This document shows positions 47,255 to 60,066 of a DNA stretch of 64,000 nt, in pieces (within the stretch, counting starts at the first letter, position 1; every line of letters starts with the position of its first letter). The position numbers were made by a program, and so were the translations under genes. Under the pieces are notes generated by a model that was given only the letters and a program-made list of their open reading frames with translations, did not search any database and had not been told where the DNA came from. The DNA is from Macrostomum lignano. Its lineage: Eukaryota. The DNA lies in NCBI GenBank assembly GCA_002269645.1, contig NIVC01001370.1, forward strand, positions 1-64,000, read 5' to 3'.

Positions 47255-49350
47255 ACCTCCTTAGATCCTTCCCTGAGAGTCTCAACCAGGTCCTTAGATC
47301 CTGTCCCTGAGAGTCTCAACCAGCTCAATAGATCCTGTCCCTGAGAGTCTCAACCTCCATATATCCTTCCCTGGGAGTCTCAACCAGATCCTTAGATCCT
47401 GTCCCTGAGAGTCTCAACCAGCTCCTTAGATCCTGTCCCTGAGAGTCTCAACCAGCTCAATAGATCCTGTCCCTGAGAGTCTCAACCAGATCCTTAGATC
47501 CTGTCCCTGAGAGTCTCAACTAGCTCCTTAGATCCTGTTCCTGAGAGTCTCAACCAGCTCCTCAGATCCTGTCCCTGAGAGTCTCAACCAGCTCAATAGA
47601 TCCTGTCCCTGAGAGTATCAACCAGATCCTTAGATCCTGTCCCTGAGAGTCTCAACCAGCTCCTTAGATCCTGTCCGTCCCTCTCTCAACCAGCTCGTTA
47701 GATCCTGTCCCTGAGAGTCTCAACCAGCTCAATAGATCCTGTCCCTGAGAGTCTCAACCTCCATATATCCTTCCCTGGGAGTCTCAACCAGATCCTTAGA
47801 TCCTGTCCCTGAGAGTCTCAACCAGCTCCTTAGATCCTGTCCCTGAGAGTCTCAACCAGCTCAATAGATCCTGTCCCTGAGAGTCTCAACCAGATCCTTA
47901 GATCCTGTCCCTGAGAGTCTCAACTAGCTCCTTAGATCCTGTTCCTGAGAGTCTCAACCAGCTCCTCAGATCCTGTCCCTGAGAGTCTCAACCAGCTCAA
48001 TAGATCCTGTCCCTGAGAGTCTCAACCAGCTCCTTAGATCCTGTCCGTCCCTCTCTCAACCAGCTCGTTAGATCCTGTCCCTGAGAGTCTCAACCAGCTC
48101 GTTAGATCCTGTCCCTGAGAGTCTCAACCAGCTCAATAGATCCTGTCCCTGAGAGTCTCAACCAGATCCTTAGATCCTGTTCCTGAGAGTCTCAACCAGC
48201 TCCTCAGATCCTGTCCCTGAGAGTCTCAACCAGCTCAATAGATCCTGTCCCTGAGAGTCTCAACTAGCTCCTTAGATCCTGTTCCTGAGAGTCTCAACCA
48301 GCTCCTCAGATCCTGTCCCTGAGAGTCTCAACCAGATCCTTAGATCCTGTTCCTGAGAGTCTCAACCAGCTCCTTAGATCCTGTCCCTGAGAGTCTCAAC
48401 CAGCTCAATAGATCCTGTCCCTGAGAGTCTCAACCAGATCCTTAGATCCTGTTCCTGAGAGTCTCAACCAGCTCCTCAGATCCTGTCCCTGAGAGTCTCA
48501 ACCAGCTCAATAGATCCTGTCCCTGAGAGTCTCAACCAGATCCTTAGATCCTGTCCCTGAGAGTCTCAACTAGCTCCTTAGATCCTGTCCGTCCCTCTCT
48601 CAACCAGCTCGTTAGATCCTGTCCCTGAGAGTCTCAACCAGATCGTTAGATCCTGTCCCTGAGAGTCTCAACCAGATCCTTAGATCCTGTCCCTGAGAGT
48701 CTCAACCAGATCCTTAGATCCTGTCCCTCTCTCAACCAGCTCGTTAGATCCTGTCCCTCTCTCAACCAGCTCGTTAGATCCTGTCCCTGAGAGTCTCAAC
48801 CAGCTCCTTAGATCCTGTCCCTCTCTCAACCAGCTCGTTAGATCCTGTCCCTGAGAGTCTCAACCAGCTCGTTAGATCCTGTCCCTGAGAGTCTCAACCA
48901 GATCCTTAGATCCTGTCCCTCTCTCAACCAGCTCGTTAGATCCTGTCCCTGAGAGTCTCAACCAGCTCGTTAGATCCTGTCCCTCTCTCAACCAGCTCGT
49001 TAGATCCTGTCCCTCTCTCAACCAGCTCGTTAGATCCTGTCCCTCTCTCAACCAGCTCGTTAGATCCTTCCCTCTCTCAACCAGCTCGTTAGATCCTGTC
49101 CCTCTCTCAACCAGCTTGTTAGATCCTTCCCTCTCTCAACCAGCTCGTTAGATCCTTCCCTCTCTCAACCAGCTCGTTAGATCCTGTCCCTCTCTCAACC
49201 AGCTCGTTAGATCCTGTCCCTCTCTCAACCAGCTTGTTAGATCCTTCCGATCCTGTCCCTCTCTCAACCAGCTTGTTAGATCCTTCCGATCCTGTCCCTC
49301 TCTCAACCAGCTTGTTAGATCCTTCCCTCTCTCAACCAGCTCGTTAGATC
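47255..49350. repeat. 34-bp minisatellite grading into a 30-bp variant
   Basis: AGATCCTGTCCCTGAGAGTCTCAACCAGCTCCTT then AGATCCTGTCCCTCTCTCAACCAGCTCGTT. Confidence 0.96.
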
Positions 49351-50756
49351 TTTTCCCTGCCCGAGTTTGTTGAGGTTGCACTTGGATCAACTCTCTATAG
49401 TGCAACGGTGCATTTCTAACTGTTTTAGGCTAGACAAACTGCAAGCCAAGGCTAGAAAGCATGCACTGCAGGAGAGAGACCGCTATCGCTACTGGTGCCC
49501 TGCTGTAACACGCTGTAACATAGCGGATGAGTCAGTGCAAGTCCAAGTCTTCGCAGCCGTCTATAGATACCCAGATATCGTGGCTTTAAGAGCCAAGCTA
49601 ACAGGGGCATGCAGGCGAGTGGTGCGCATAGAGCATAGACAGTCCGACAGACGTGAAGAATTTTAAAAAGAAAACTGCAGTAGCTTGTTATCTTTGGCGG
49701 GGTAGTATTTCACATCGGCAGGGGTTAAATGTAATTTAGACTTAAGAACGACGCATTGTATCTTGATTACGCCTGGTCTTGCGACAGTAAATACAGGGTC
49801 CGCAGGCTTATAGTTGGCTTCGATTGCACAAGGCTGCGAAGTTGACTGCAATAAGATACTGCGGCTGGCGTATTGCATTACATTCAATACACTTTGCCAA
49901 ATGTGTAATAGCCTGCGGCTCTGTGCCTTGCCCCAGGCTTGACTCGGTCCGTGAGCGGCCACACCCATGAGTGCCAGCCCCCAAAACACAGAGAGTGTAC
50001 ATGTACATGTCTGACGATTAGAAAGTCAGGCAATGCGGTTGTATGTGGCTCAGCGCTGATTGTAGGACGATATCGCCGAAGGTCGCAAGAGGATGCAAGA
50101 ATATTTATAGTTTGAAGAGCTCGATATGCATTAATCCTGTAAATTACGTTCGTGCTTCGTTAAATTTTTAAAAGCAAAATTGAAACAGTTGAACAAGCAT
50201 CGCAGTTGCATTTCAAATAGCTCCCTTTGCGTTGGCAAGAGAGGGTTAATTAACAATTAATTAGCCTTCAACAGGTACTTGGGTTCGAATACTTCAGAGA
50301 GATGACTGTGCAATGCATGTATATTTAAAATAAAGTATATTGGTGGAAAACTACACAAAAAAGTCATCACAACGCATGTGCATGCACTGTACACCTGTTT
50401 ACATGTCGTAACTGTCATCGTACGGAATGTTTAACTAGCAAGGGAGGGCCGGGGTTGTTCTGCAATAAACAGTTTACTAAATATGGGTGACGCAGTTTTC
50501 AAATCCTGATTCATTCAATGATAAATTCAGTCAACGTCCTTGTTCTGCAAACAGCATCTTAAAGAGGATTGTTATGTCTAATCCTGAAAAATATGTGATA
50601 CCGTAAATAGAGGATTCTAGTGGCTAAAGTTGGCGTACATTTAAAATCCTCATAATTATCCTCCATCCCAATCTCACTCAGGGGTGTAGCCGGGAGGTGG
50701 GAGGGCGCAAAGGGGGTCGTGCCCCCACTTCAGTTAGGTTGGAAAAACTTGTCAGC

Positions 50757-51275
50757 TAATTTGGCGCCCCTTACCAGTTGATTTGGCGCCCCCTTGCCAG
50801 TTGATTTGGGCCCCTTGCCAGTTTTGGCGCCCTTGCCAGTTGATTTGGCGCCCCCCTTGCCAGTTGATTTGGCGCCACTTGCCAGTTGATTTGGCGCCCC
50901 CTTGCCAGTTGATTTGGCGCCACTTGCCAGTTGATTTGGCGCCCCCTTGGCAGCTGATTTGTCGCCCCTTGCCAGTTGATTTGGCGCCACTTGCCAGTTG
51001 ATTTGGCGCCACTTTCCAGTTGATTTGGCGCCCCTTGCCAGTGATTTGGCGCCCCCTTGCCAGCTGATTTGGCGACCCCTTGCCAGCTGATTAGGCGCCC
51101 CTTGCCAGTTGATTTGGCGCTTCCTTGGCAGTTGATTTGGCGCCCGTTTGCCAGCTGATTAGGCGCCCCTTGCCAGCTGATTTGGCGCTCCTTGCCAGCT
51201 GATTTGGCGCCCCCTTGCCAGCTGATTTGGCGCTCCTTGCCAGCTGATTTGGCGCCCCCTTGCCAGCTGATTAGG
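50757..51275. repeat. 22-23 bp minisatellite (TTGGCGCCCCTTGCCAG(T/C)TGAT)
   Basis: Tandem copies; explains ORFs 50730-51012. Confidence 0.93.
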
Positions 51276-52884
51276 CTTTCAAGGAAAGTACAATGAACCC
51301 ATTCGAACTGGAGGCTACGGCATGCCTTGCTGACTGCTGCGCTTCAATCTGCGCCAACCTGACCTTGTGAAGAGATTGATAAATGCAGTTAGCGCTGCGA
51401 TCAAGGTTCACTAGCTACACGTAGGAAAACCTGCTCAGCTCCCCACCCCCTCCAGACAGTTGCGGTTGGCAGTGCCGAGGAAAAAAGTTTTGCTTGGAGT
51501 TTTAAATCCACTTAAACAAAAAAGTCAACTAGACAGATAGGTAGATAGATCTGCTCGCCAAGATCGGCAAAAAGCATTTCTTATCTCTCTATGCATAGCT
51601 AAGTAGCATGAGATAAGAAAATGCTGGCAATGCTGGTAAATGCCAGGAGTTGCTTCACAGATAAGAGTGGCGTTCTTCTATATGCGCTACAATACAGCAC
51701 GCAGCCAAATTTCAAAGGCTCCTCGAGACACGTGACCATAAGAGAATTCACTCCCGACCAATGAGCTGCCGTCCTCCAGGACTGCACTACACTGTGGTAT
51801 AAATACACAGACCGCTCCGAGCATTGCCTTTCTGCTATGCAGTCTGACATTTTCTGCTTTCAGTTCGGTTCGCGCAACTCGACCGTATCTTCCAGGTTGC
51901 TGCGGCTTCTGCTGAGAGCTCCATCATGTGAATCTAATACCCCACCATGTGTAAGTGATCGATTTCATTTAGATCACAGATTTACTTATTATTTTATAAC
52001 AAACTATATGATAGAATCACTTTCTTTCCAGGAATCGCGTGCATCATCCGCGGGCCAGTCATACCTACTTATATATATATAGAAATCCACAATGTGCCAA
52101 TCCATACACAACTCCTCTCGCAACAAAGACCTTATTAAATACATGTAGTGCTTCACTACTGTTTATTTTATTACTGCCTAATCTCAAATGTTGAAATCCT
52201 GTCGCGATAACCAGACGCTATGGTGCTCAGTTATACAGATATGTGTATACCGCATACTATATTATATAATTTACCAACATTTAGAATTTACTGTTAACTG
52301 CGTGTGCTTCAGCATAATACTAATGTAAATAATGCCCGCGCTTTTCTAACCTTAGTACTAGTAGTAGCTGTGCAATATATCAAGTTGGAGTTGTCACTCA
52401 TAAATTAATCATCTATCCATCATATTACATAATCGATGACAAGCCAGTTTCAATGGTGAGCAGCGACACCGTGATAAGCCTTATTATCGATAGCAGCATC
52501 AGCTTTTAATCTCCTGTTAAGGGCGCTCGCTCTATACATAATTACGGTAATCCTTTGTGCGCGCCCGTCTCCCCTGTGCGTATCGTTTTAAGCTTATTAC
52601 CCCTGCAACCTGCGAATATCTGGTAACTGATTATAATTATTTCATTTTAATTGGCTTTTTTTAAGTATTGGTAGGAAAGCTAATCCATACTTTTCTTGCT
52701 GCACTGTGACAATCAATTTCATTGTAAAGTCTTTATTGATAGATCATGAGATGTTCAATAAAATACAATCGTGTCGCAAATGTTACATTAATTTTTCTAT
52801 TCGAGTGCATTCCAATTATTTCAAAACGGAAAGTTCTCAACTTACGCGCACTTAATTATGGCTCATGGCTGCGGGCCAGATAAG

Positions 52885-54390
52885 AAAGGAAAAGCTGAAA
52901 GGAGAGAGAAGAGGAAAGAGATGAGAGATGGAATGAGAGGAGAGGGGAGAAGAGACAAGAGGAAAGAGATGAGAGATGGAATGAGAGAAGAGGGGAGAGA
53001 AGAGGAAAGAGATGAGAGATGGAATGAGAGAAGAGGGAGAGAAGAGAGAAGAGGAAAGAGATGAGAGATGGAATGAGAGAAGAGGGGAGAGAAGAGGAAA
53101 GAGATGAGAGATGGAATGAGAGAGAGGGGAGAGAAGAGGAAAGAGATAAAAGATGGAATGAGAGAAGAGGGGAGAGAAGAGGAAAGAGATGAGAGATGGA
53201 ATGAGAGAAGAGGGAGAGAAGAGAGAAGAGGAAAGAGATGAGAGATGGAATGAGAGAAGAGGGGAGAGAAGAGGAAAGAGATGAGAGATGGAATGAGAGA
53301 GAGGGGAGAGAAGAGGAAAGAGATAAAAGATGGAATGAGAGAAGAGGGTGTCGAATAGACAATAAACTAATAGAACGAGATTTAAGTGGTGCAGAAAGGA
53401 AGAGAGGACAAAGAAGTGAAGGGCCTAAGCCGCGGGTTGAAGTTGTATTTATACTAACAAAGATGAACAGGCCAGCCAAATTGTCTGTGGTAAATGAACG
53501 GTTACGATAGTCTGTGGGAAAGGCATGGTGGACAAAGGGAGACGGCTAACTGAAAAGTACAAGGTAATAGAAAGTACAAATATTTGGAGGATGGAAATCC
53601 GACAGAGGGAGAGAAGAGAGAAGAGGGGGAGAAGAGAGAAGAGGAAAGAGATGAGAGATCGAATGAGAGGAGAGGGGAGAGAAGAGACAAGAGGAAAGAG
53701 ATGACATATGGAATGAGAGAAGAGGGGAGAGAGGAGAGAAGAGGAAAGAGATGAGAGATGGAGTTAGAGAAGAGGGGAGAGAGGAGAGAAGAGGAAAGAG
53801 ATGAGAGATGGAGTTAGAGAAGAGGGGAGAGAGGAGAGAAGAGGAAAGAGATGAGAGATGGAATGAGAGAAGAGGGGAGAGAAGAGAGAAGGGAAAAGAG
53901 ATGAGAGATGGAATGAGAGAAGAGGGGAGAGGAGAGAGAAGAGGAAAGAGATGAGAGATGGAGTTAGAGAAGAGGGGAGAGAGGAGAGAGGAGGAAAGAG
54001 ATGAGAGATGGAATGAGAGAAGAGGGGAGAGAGGAAAGAAGAGAAAAGAGATGAGAGATGGAATGAGAAAAGAGGGGAGAGAGGAGAGAAGAGGAAAGAG
54101 ATGAGAGATGGAGTTAGAGAAGAGGGGAGAGAGGAGAGAAGAGGAAAGAGATGAGAGATGGAATGAGAGAAGAGGGGAGAGAGGAGAGAGGAGAGGAAAG
54201 AGATGACATGGAATGAAAGAAGAGGGGAGAGAAGAGAGAGAGGGAAGAGATGAGAGATGGAATGAGAGAAGGGGGAGAGAAGACAGAAGAGGAAAAAGAT
54301 GAGAGATGGAATGAGAGAAGAGGAAAGAGATAAGAGATGGAATGAGAGGAGAGGGGAGAGAAGAGAGAATAGGAAAAAGATGAGAGATAT
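52885..54390. repeat. Purine-rich 43-48 bp satellite with a unique ~250-bp interruption
   Basis: GAGGAAAGAGATGAGAGATGGAATGAGAGAAGAGGGGAGA units; explains Ser/Leu-rich minus ORFs. Confidence 0.95.
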
Positions 54391-54435
54391 ACAGAGGCCA
54401 TATCAATACTATGAGCGTATTAATCACATCCAAGA

Positions 54436-54715
54436 GGGGCGGTAGCCTAGCGGACTAGCACGGCGGCCCTGATGTGCCAGCAGCGGCCCAGGCTCGATTC
54501 CAAGTGCAAGTAAAATTAATTTGGAGCTAAATTGTAATCTCGGCTTGGGTCTGCTCGTGCAACCCCTCCAGGTGTACATGTCTAACGATATAAAAAAAGT
54601 TAGGGCCGCTGTCGCTGTACACTCCTGTGAGTGTGTGCCTGTGCATATGACTAACTGTGTACGTATCCGCGCGCTTGTGACCGTCGCTTAAAGTGCATCA
54701 AGGTGCACACAACCC
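54436..54715 (+). mobile_element. tRNA-derived SINE
   Basis: A box TAGCCTAGCGG, B box GGCTCGATTCC, then non-tRNA body. Confidence 0.6.
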
Positions 54716-54844
54716 CCTTGCCTCTAACCAACTAGCATAGAATCACCACATTTATTTCGGCCCGCAAGTTGACTTCGCACTGAATCAGTGGGCTTTTGGC
54801 CATAGACATTCCCAGCATGCGGAGTCATGTCAGGATATTAAGTA

Positions 54845-55150
54845 AATAATAAACGCCGTTTAATTCACATTCTGTGGTTAGAATGTCCGAGGCTGCGTTT
54901 AATGGTCTCGAGGCGAGCGAAGCGAGCCGAGGACCATTGATTGCAGCCGAGGATATTCTAACCGTAGACTATGATGAATTAAACGGCGTTTATCATATTA
55001 AATTCGATTGCTCCTGATTTCGAGGAGATTATATGATATAATATCCTAGTTTTTGTTAAAAATTACCACAGACAACACATTCCCGGCTCAGAATAGTACA
55101 ATTTTTTAAGTATCAGATTAAACCACAGATACTAAATACCATAGATGGTT
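54845..55150. repeat. Palindromic (hairpin) element, possibly non-autonomous Crypton-like
   Basis: TAAACGCCGTTTAATTCA...CGAGGCGAGCGAAGCGAGCCGAG...TGAATTAAACGGCGTTTA. Confidence 0.55.
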
Positions 55151-55486
55151 CACTCGACTATATTTAGCAAAACTACTCTCTGTTCGGTAGTATGATCGTA
55201 AAAAGCTATATTTATTTATTCAACTGCATGTAGCTGTGAATAATTAAGCTAAAACATTGATTATTGACGTTGTCTACACAATCGTAAGTCAAACTTTAAT
55301 GCTACATTGCTACTGGTATACTCAGTAATTATTTTTATTTATTTAGCAAGCAAGCAACATTGTTGTGCATTGCAAGTGAGAAAAAAGAACAAAACGGGGT
55401 AATATTTATAATACAGTGAAATTAAAATTACCGTAGAATAAAAGGATGCGACTATAAAGTTCCTAAGTTATACTAGTGTAACAAAG

Positions 55487-56230
55487 TTAGTGTAGTTTGC
55501 GAATTTTCCCCATAGTTTTCTTTTTTTGGGCCACTGCACGCAGGTTCTTCATTTCACGTCGGCACCAATGGTGCAGCCGTAGGTGAGCAAAATTTTTAAA
55601 AACCTGATTATGCACCCGCGTGTGATGCAGCTCGCAGGCAGGCAGTGCTACTAATTGTTCCCGGAGGTGGTTAACAAACCGAGCTGCCACACGAGGCTGG
55701 ATTATGAAGCTGGATGTCAGGGCTGCGAACTCGGCTTCCATCTTCATAAATGCAACAAGCGCCACCGGCGAGGGCGCAGTCAACCCGCGGAATGCATGCG
55801 AGTAGGTCTTGTGCTGGATGTGAACCCCTGCAGATTCGGATGCTGTAAGCAAAGAGTTGCACACCTGACAGTGAAGAACTCGGCTTCGCTTTAGCACATA
55901 TCCGCCAACGTACTCAGCAGCTTCCAGCGAGACATTGCTTGCGCCCTGCCAGGAGTCCAGTTTTTTTTGGAGCAGCTGCTGCTGTGGTGCCTGGCATACA
56001 ACACTGCTTGAGTTCTGTGGACCCGCTTTGGTAGTCACACAGTCTCCGGCACCGGTGGGGGCGCAGGCTGCTATGATGGCAGCCTCACAGTTGTCGTCTT
56101 CGCAGTTGCGAGACGTCGAGTCAGGCTGGGCCAGGCCGCTGGTAGCCACGGACCGCAGGGCACCGACGAAGGAGCTGAGCTCTGGTCTGTCGTTAAAACC
56201 GTTGTGCCCGCGGATGATGCAGAAAAGGTT
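55487..56230 (-). CDS. P-element/THAP9-like transposase, last exon
   Basis: CTTCAG acceptor; NLFCIIRGHNGFNDRP continues QDHVE (P-family QDxxENxFxxIR); EYVGGYV; C-terminal Cys/His motifs. Confidence 0.88.
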   Translation of the reverse strand, partial: NLFCIIRGHNGFNDRPELSSFVGALRSVATSGLAQPDSTSRNCEDDNCEAAIIAACAPTGAGDCVTTKAGPQNSSSVVCQAPQQQLLQKKLDSWQGASNVSLEAAEYVGGYVLKRSRVLHCQVCNSLLTASESAGVHIQHKTYSHAFRGLTAPSPVALVAFMKMEAEFAALTSSFIIQPRVAARFVNHLREQLVALPACELHHTRVHNQVFKNFAHLRLHHWCRREMKNLRAVAQKKKTMGKIRKLH

Positions 56231-56373
56231 CTGAAGAGGAGAATTGTACGATGCCCTTTGTTTCATCAATGCAAATTCTTGTACATTGCTGAACCACTAA
56301 TTAGGGTGAAGTAATCTTTAAATATTTAATTATGGAAATATAGTCTCGCTTTTAATAAATTTTGTGAACTTAC

Positions 56374-57696
56374 CTCAACGTGATCTTGAGTAAATCGGCG
56401 AGTACACACGTCGTCAAAGTGGTGGTCCCGAATGAGAGTAGTGCACAGCTGCTTGGTAGCAGAAAGCGATAGGAGCCACCCTTCTTTGAATGGCATCGTA
56501 GGCTTAACAGCGCGCCCATTCAGTGGGAGAAAGCGCCAGCTCCGCACGAAGTCTTCCGCCTCTGTCAGACGGTCGATCTGCGCAGATAGAGTATCGCGAT
56601 GAATCGGCTGCTGGAAGCCTTTGCCATAGAGATGCGCTGAGTTCAGCATGTCGAAAATGTCATTCAGACGCTTCGCAAATTCAGCTGTCTGCAACGCATC
56701 CTCAGATAACTCATTATGATGGACCAAAGTCCTGATACCACTTGCAACAGAATGGCTTAACACTTGTGCTGCGAGCGATACTTTCATCTTCTGACCCAGA
56801 GCTAAGCTGAAATGAGCGTCGGTGAGCTTGCTTGCTAATCGGAGAGATGGGCCGCTGTCGTTCTGATAAAACTGGATGAGATGCTGCCACTTAGCTAGCT
56901 TGCACTCGTTGAATTTGATGTCGTTCTTCATCAGGGCGTTTCTAGCATTTTTTAGGCAATGTGGGATGTCCACGATGACGTAGACTGGCTCACCGGTTAC
57001 AGGGTGACGTAAAAAAGGATTTGCAGTGTCAGCCCGTCTGGAAAGGTGAGCCCACTGGGTTGACTCTTGATCCGCAACCAGTGCAACGACCTTAATCCCG
57101 GCCTTGTGGCTAGCTGTCAGGCACTCATCAATAGCTATCCCGAATCCTTCTTGGCCAAGAGTTCGAAAAACAGGATAATATGCGATTGGTTGTTTCCAGT
57201 CCTGAAAGACTCCTCGAAGCACAGCGACGATGGCCTCGTTTACAGGTCTGGGCAACTGCTCCTTGCTGTCATCAGCGGTTCGTGGATCGCAGCCCACCAC
57301 CACGTCACGATGTTGCTGGTAGCGCAGGCTGGGTGTGAGACTCATTCCATCGAAGCAAAGGGTAGCAATCCGCTGCTGATTTGTCGATGATGCATCAAAC
57401 TTGGACTGCAAGGATCGTATCGTCAAGTTGCAAATCCCAGGCAATACGAAATACTGTCGAATTCGCCGCCTAATTGTCGAACTTGATGGTAGCGGAATTT
57501 TCCACTTATTGCGGACCAGTCGGTAAGCTGACGAGCCTTTGTGATGCAGCTGAATTGAGCACGCAATGTCTTTTTTGGTCCAGCGCATGCCGCGACTGCG
57601 AACATCACGCCTGATCTTCTGCTGCATCAGACGAGTAGCTATTGAGCTGCTGCTACCCGACTGGACTGCTTTTGCTTTTTCTATTCGCGCTTGCAT
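56374..57696 (-). CDS. P-element/THAP9-like transposase catalytic core
   Basis: LPSSSTIRR, CFDGMSL, VADQES, DIPHCLKNARN, KMKVSLAAQVLSHSVA, FDMLNS; GAG|GTAAG donor. Confidence 0.92.
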
Positions 57697-58226
57697 CTGT
57701 CGGATGGTGGTTTTTTGGCGGCGAACTTTGCTGCGCAGCTGAGCGATGATGTTATTGCTTCGTTGTTCAGCATGACCTTGGTTGGTTGGGCTGTTGGCAT
57801 TGTCTGCTGCTCTTCGGCCTGTGGCGGCTCACCATCGGTGCTGTTGAATGGCTGCAGTTCAGGTGGATAGAGATTGTCAGCCTCTTCGTCACTGCGAAAA
57901 ACCAAATGTGTCAGGTCATGTGCAATGAGGCGGGGTAGAGTCAGCTCCCTGTCTGGAACGGCATTCCATCGCAAACGTGTGGTATATTCATGTCGCAGAG
58001 AAGGACAGCTGTAATCATTGTCAGTAAAATGCACACTGCACACTCGCAATCCCATCTTGCGAATGGCTCCGATGTCCAAGTCGATTTCCAGCATTTGCCT
58101 CCATCGATTCGCAACTCCGTCGTCCGCTGGAAACCTGTGCATTCGCACAGCCACTCCCTCGTCCGTTAGAGATTGCGCTGTATGGGTGCAGGTGGCTGCA
58201 CAGCAGCGCTTTGAGCTGAATTCCAT
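57681..58226 (-). CDS. THAP zinc-finger N-terminus of the transposase (different frame from the core)
   Basis: CCAATC...HRFP...RW...VCSVHF...LRWNAVP = C2CH THAP signature; ATG at 58226. Confidence 0.88.
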   Translation of the reverse strand: MEFSSKRCCAATCTHTAQSLTDEGVAVRMHRFPADDGVANRWRQMLEIDLDIGAIRKMGLRVCSVHFTDNDYSCPSLRHEYTTRLRWNAVPDRELTLPRLIAHDLTHLVFRSDEEADNLYPPELQPFNSTDGEPPQAEEQQTMPTAQPTKVMLNNEAITSSLSCAAKFAAKKPPSDRCKRE

Positions 58227-58538
58227 GTCAGTATGGTGATTGCAAGAAGCGTTGCTGGTGTTTTTGTCGTTCTTGCACTGCTTGCTGGTAAAGTGCGAAG
58301 TAAAATCTTCTCTTTCTCCGTCCTGCCTTATTACTTTAAACTCCGTATCTCGTCCCACTTGACTGCTAGCTAGAAACGAAGTCAATCGATTTCTTCGACT
58401 GTCTATGGCCAAGACCAACGCCTTTTTGGGGTGGGTGCAGATTTTACTAGTGGTTTTTACGCCTGAGAATTCCGATCCACTGCCAAGCTTGGCCATAGAT
58501 AAAAGAATTGAAAGCGCCAAGGTTGTGCGCGTGTGACG

Positions 58539-58923
58539 CATAGATAAAGTATACATAGATTCCACCCCTCCCCAGAATGTACACACGCTCGTGTCCAAAC
58601 TTTGACCACCATAAAACTCACCGTGCTCTCATTGGCTGGCGCGAAAGCCTTCCTTTCAACCCCTTCGATTTCATTCCCTCACCCCTTCCACACAAGAAAG
58701 CTTTATAACTTTAATGCGCGGAACGAAAGGATGTCTTACCAGTTTCAACAGTTTAGCAAGAATGAAGTCGACACGCAAGTGTTCCGGAGTTGGGGGAATG
58801 TACACACGTGGACTCAATGTGCATAGCGTGGCCCAGCCAATAGGAGCGCAGTGAATAAAGTGATGGTCACAATTTAGACACTCCGCGGGGGCAGGGGTGG
58901 AATCTATGTATACTTTATCTATG
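58539..58923. mobile_element. P-like MITE with 30-bp perfect TIR and 8-bp TSD
   Basis: TIR CATAGATAAAGTATACATAGATTCCACCCC; TSD GTGTGACG at 58531-58538 and 58924-58931. Confidence 0.92.
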
Positions 58924-59044
58924 GTGTGACGCGGGCATCTAGACCATCATTCTCTCCAAATATTTTGTCAAGACAAAAAATAGAGCAAATATGCGCTTAT
59001 GCCACTGGACAGAGAGTAGCAAATCAAACTGACGCATAAAGATA

Positions 59045-59300
59045 ATGCTGAGTGAACCATCTAGGGTATTTATTATCTGTGGATTAAACATTCCTTTTGA
59101 GGGAGTTATTTGTATAAATCACGAGGGCCTGAGGCCCGAGGGATTTATGAAAATAACTCCCGAAAAAGGCATGTGTAATCTCGTATAAACCATAGACATA
59201 AAGACTTTACGGGATATTATTGAATATTACCAAATAAAATCCCGGAGAACGCAAATATTGTCACGGAAAGTCTTTATTTCTATGGATTATCGATTAAATA
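59045..59300. repeat. Second palindromic element, related to 54845-55150 and inverted
   Basis: Central CGAGGGCCTGAGGCCCGAGGG hairpin; its left end is the reverse complement of ~55110-55150. Confidence 0.55.
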
Positions 59301-60066
59301 AGCAATCGTATTTTATATTAGCATCCATTGAGGCTCATTAACATAAGGTTTAGTTTAAAAATGAATAAATAATCTACTACTAGTAAATAAACACTTTAAC
59401 CCGATTAACCCACTCTGGCCAACAGAGCGCAGAGACTGTTCGGCTGAACAGAGAGAACCAGTATTAGAATATATATTTGGCTGGATATCCGGGAGGCTTT
59501 AATGATAAACAGTAGACTTCTAATTCTACTCTGAGTATAAATATAAAATGCCGGCTACAAGCAGATGGCGAAAGAAAAATTGCGCGGCATTTTAAAAATT
59601 ATATATATAGTAAAAACAAGAAACTGGAAACAAACTGAAACGAGACCAGAAATAGCGCACACAAGTAACAACGATTATTATTAAACTAAATTGAGCACCC
59701 GTGGCGATAAAAGCCCGATATTTTTATCTAAGCAAAAACTGTTTGTAAAACGGTTTCAAAAATAGCCGTTTTGAAAATACGTGCGATTTGAGTAATTCTA
59801 GAGAAAAATGCTAACAAACCTCTTAATATATTACTGAATATAGTAAGACTACTAAAGTAGAAAGTATAGAAAAATGCAATCTTATTGAACTTTTAGCTGC
59901 GAAAAAATAGAGAAAAAACGACAACAATGAAAGAAACAACTGGATTGGAAAAAACATTAAAAGTGAAGAAACGAGCGAGTTGCCGAATTGGCAAAAAAAG
60001 ATAAACCAACAAAAATGATAAAGTAATATTTGCTTTTTTAACAATTTGTTTCTCAGCCAATTCTGC

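Noticed and set aside
49367-50008. Short ORFs after the 34-bp array
   Set aside because: No motifs, splice logic or homology recognised
57681-58598. 305-aa ORF as the true THAP protein start
   Set aside because: Its first ~120 codons cross a MITE end and candidate termini; THAP normally starts at the N-terminus, so ATG 58226 is preferred
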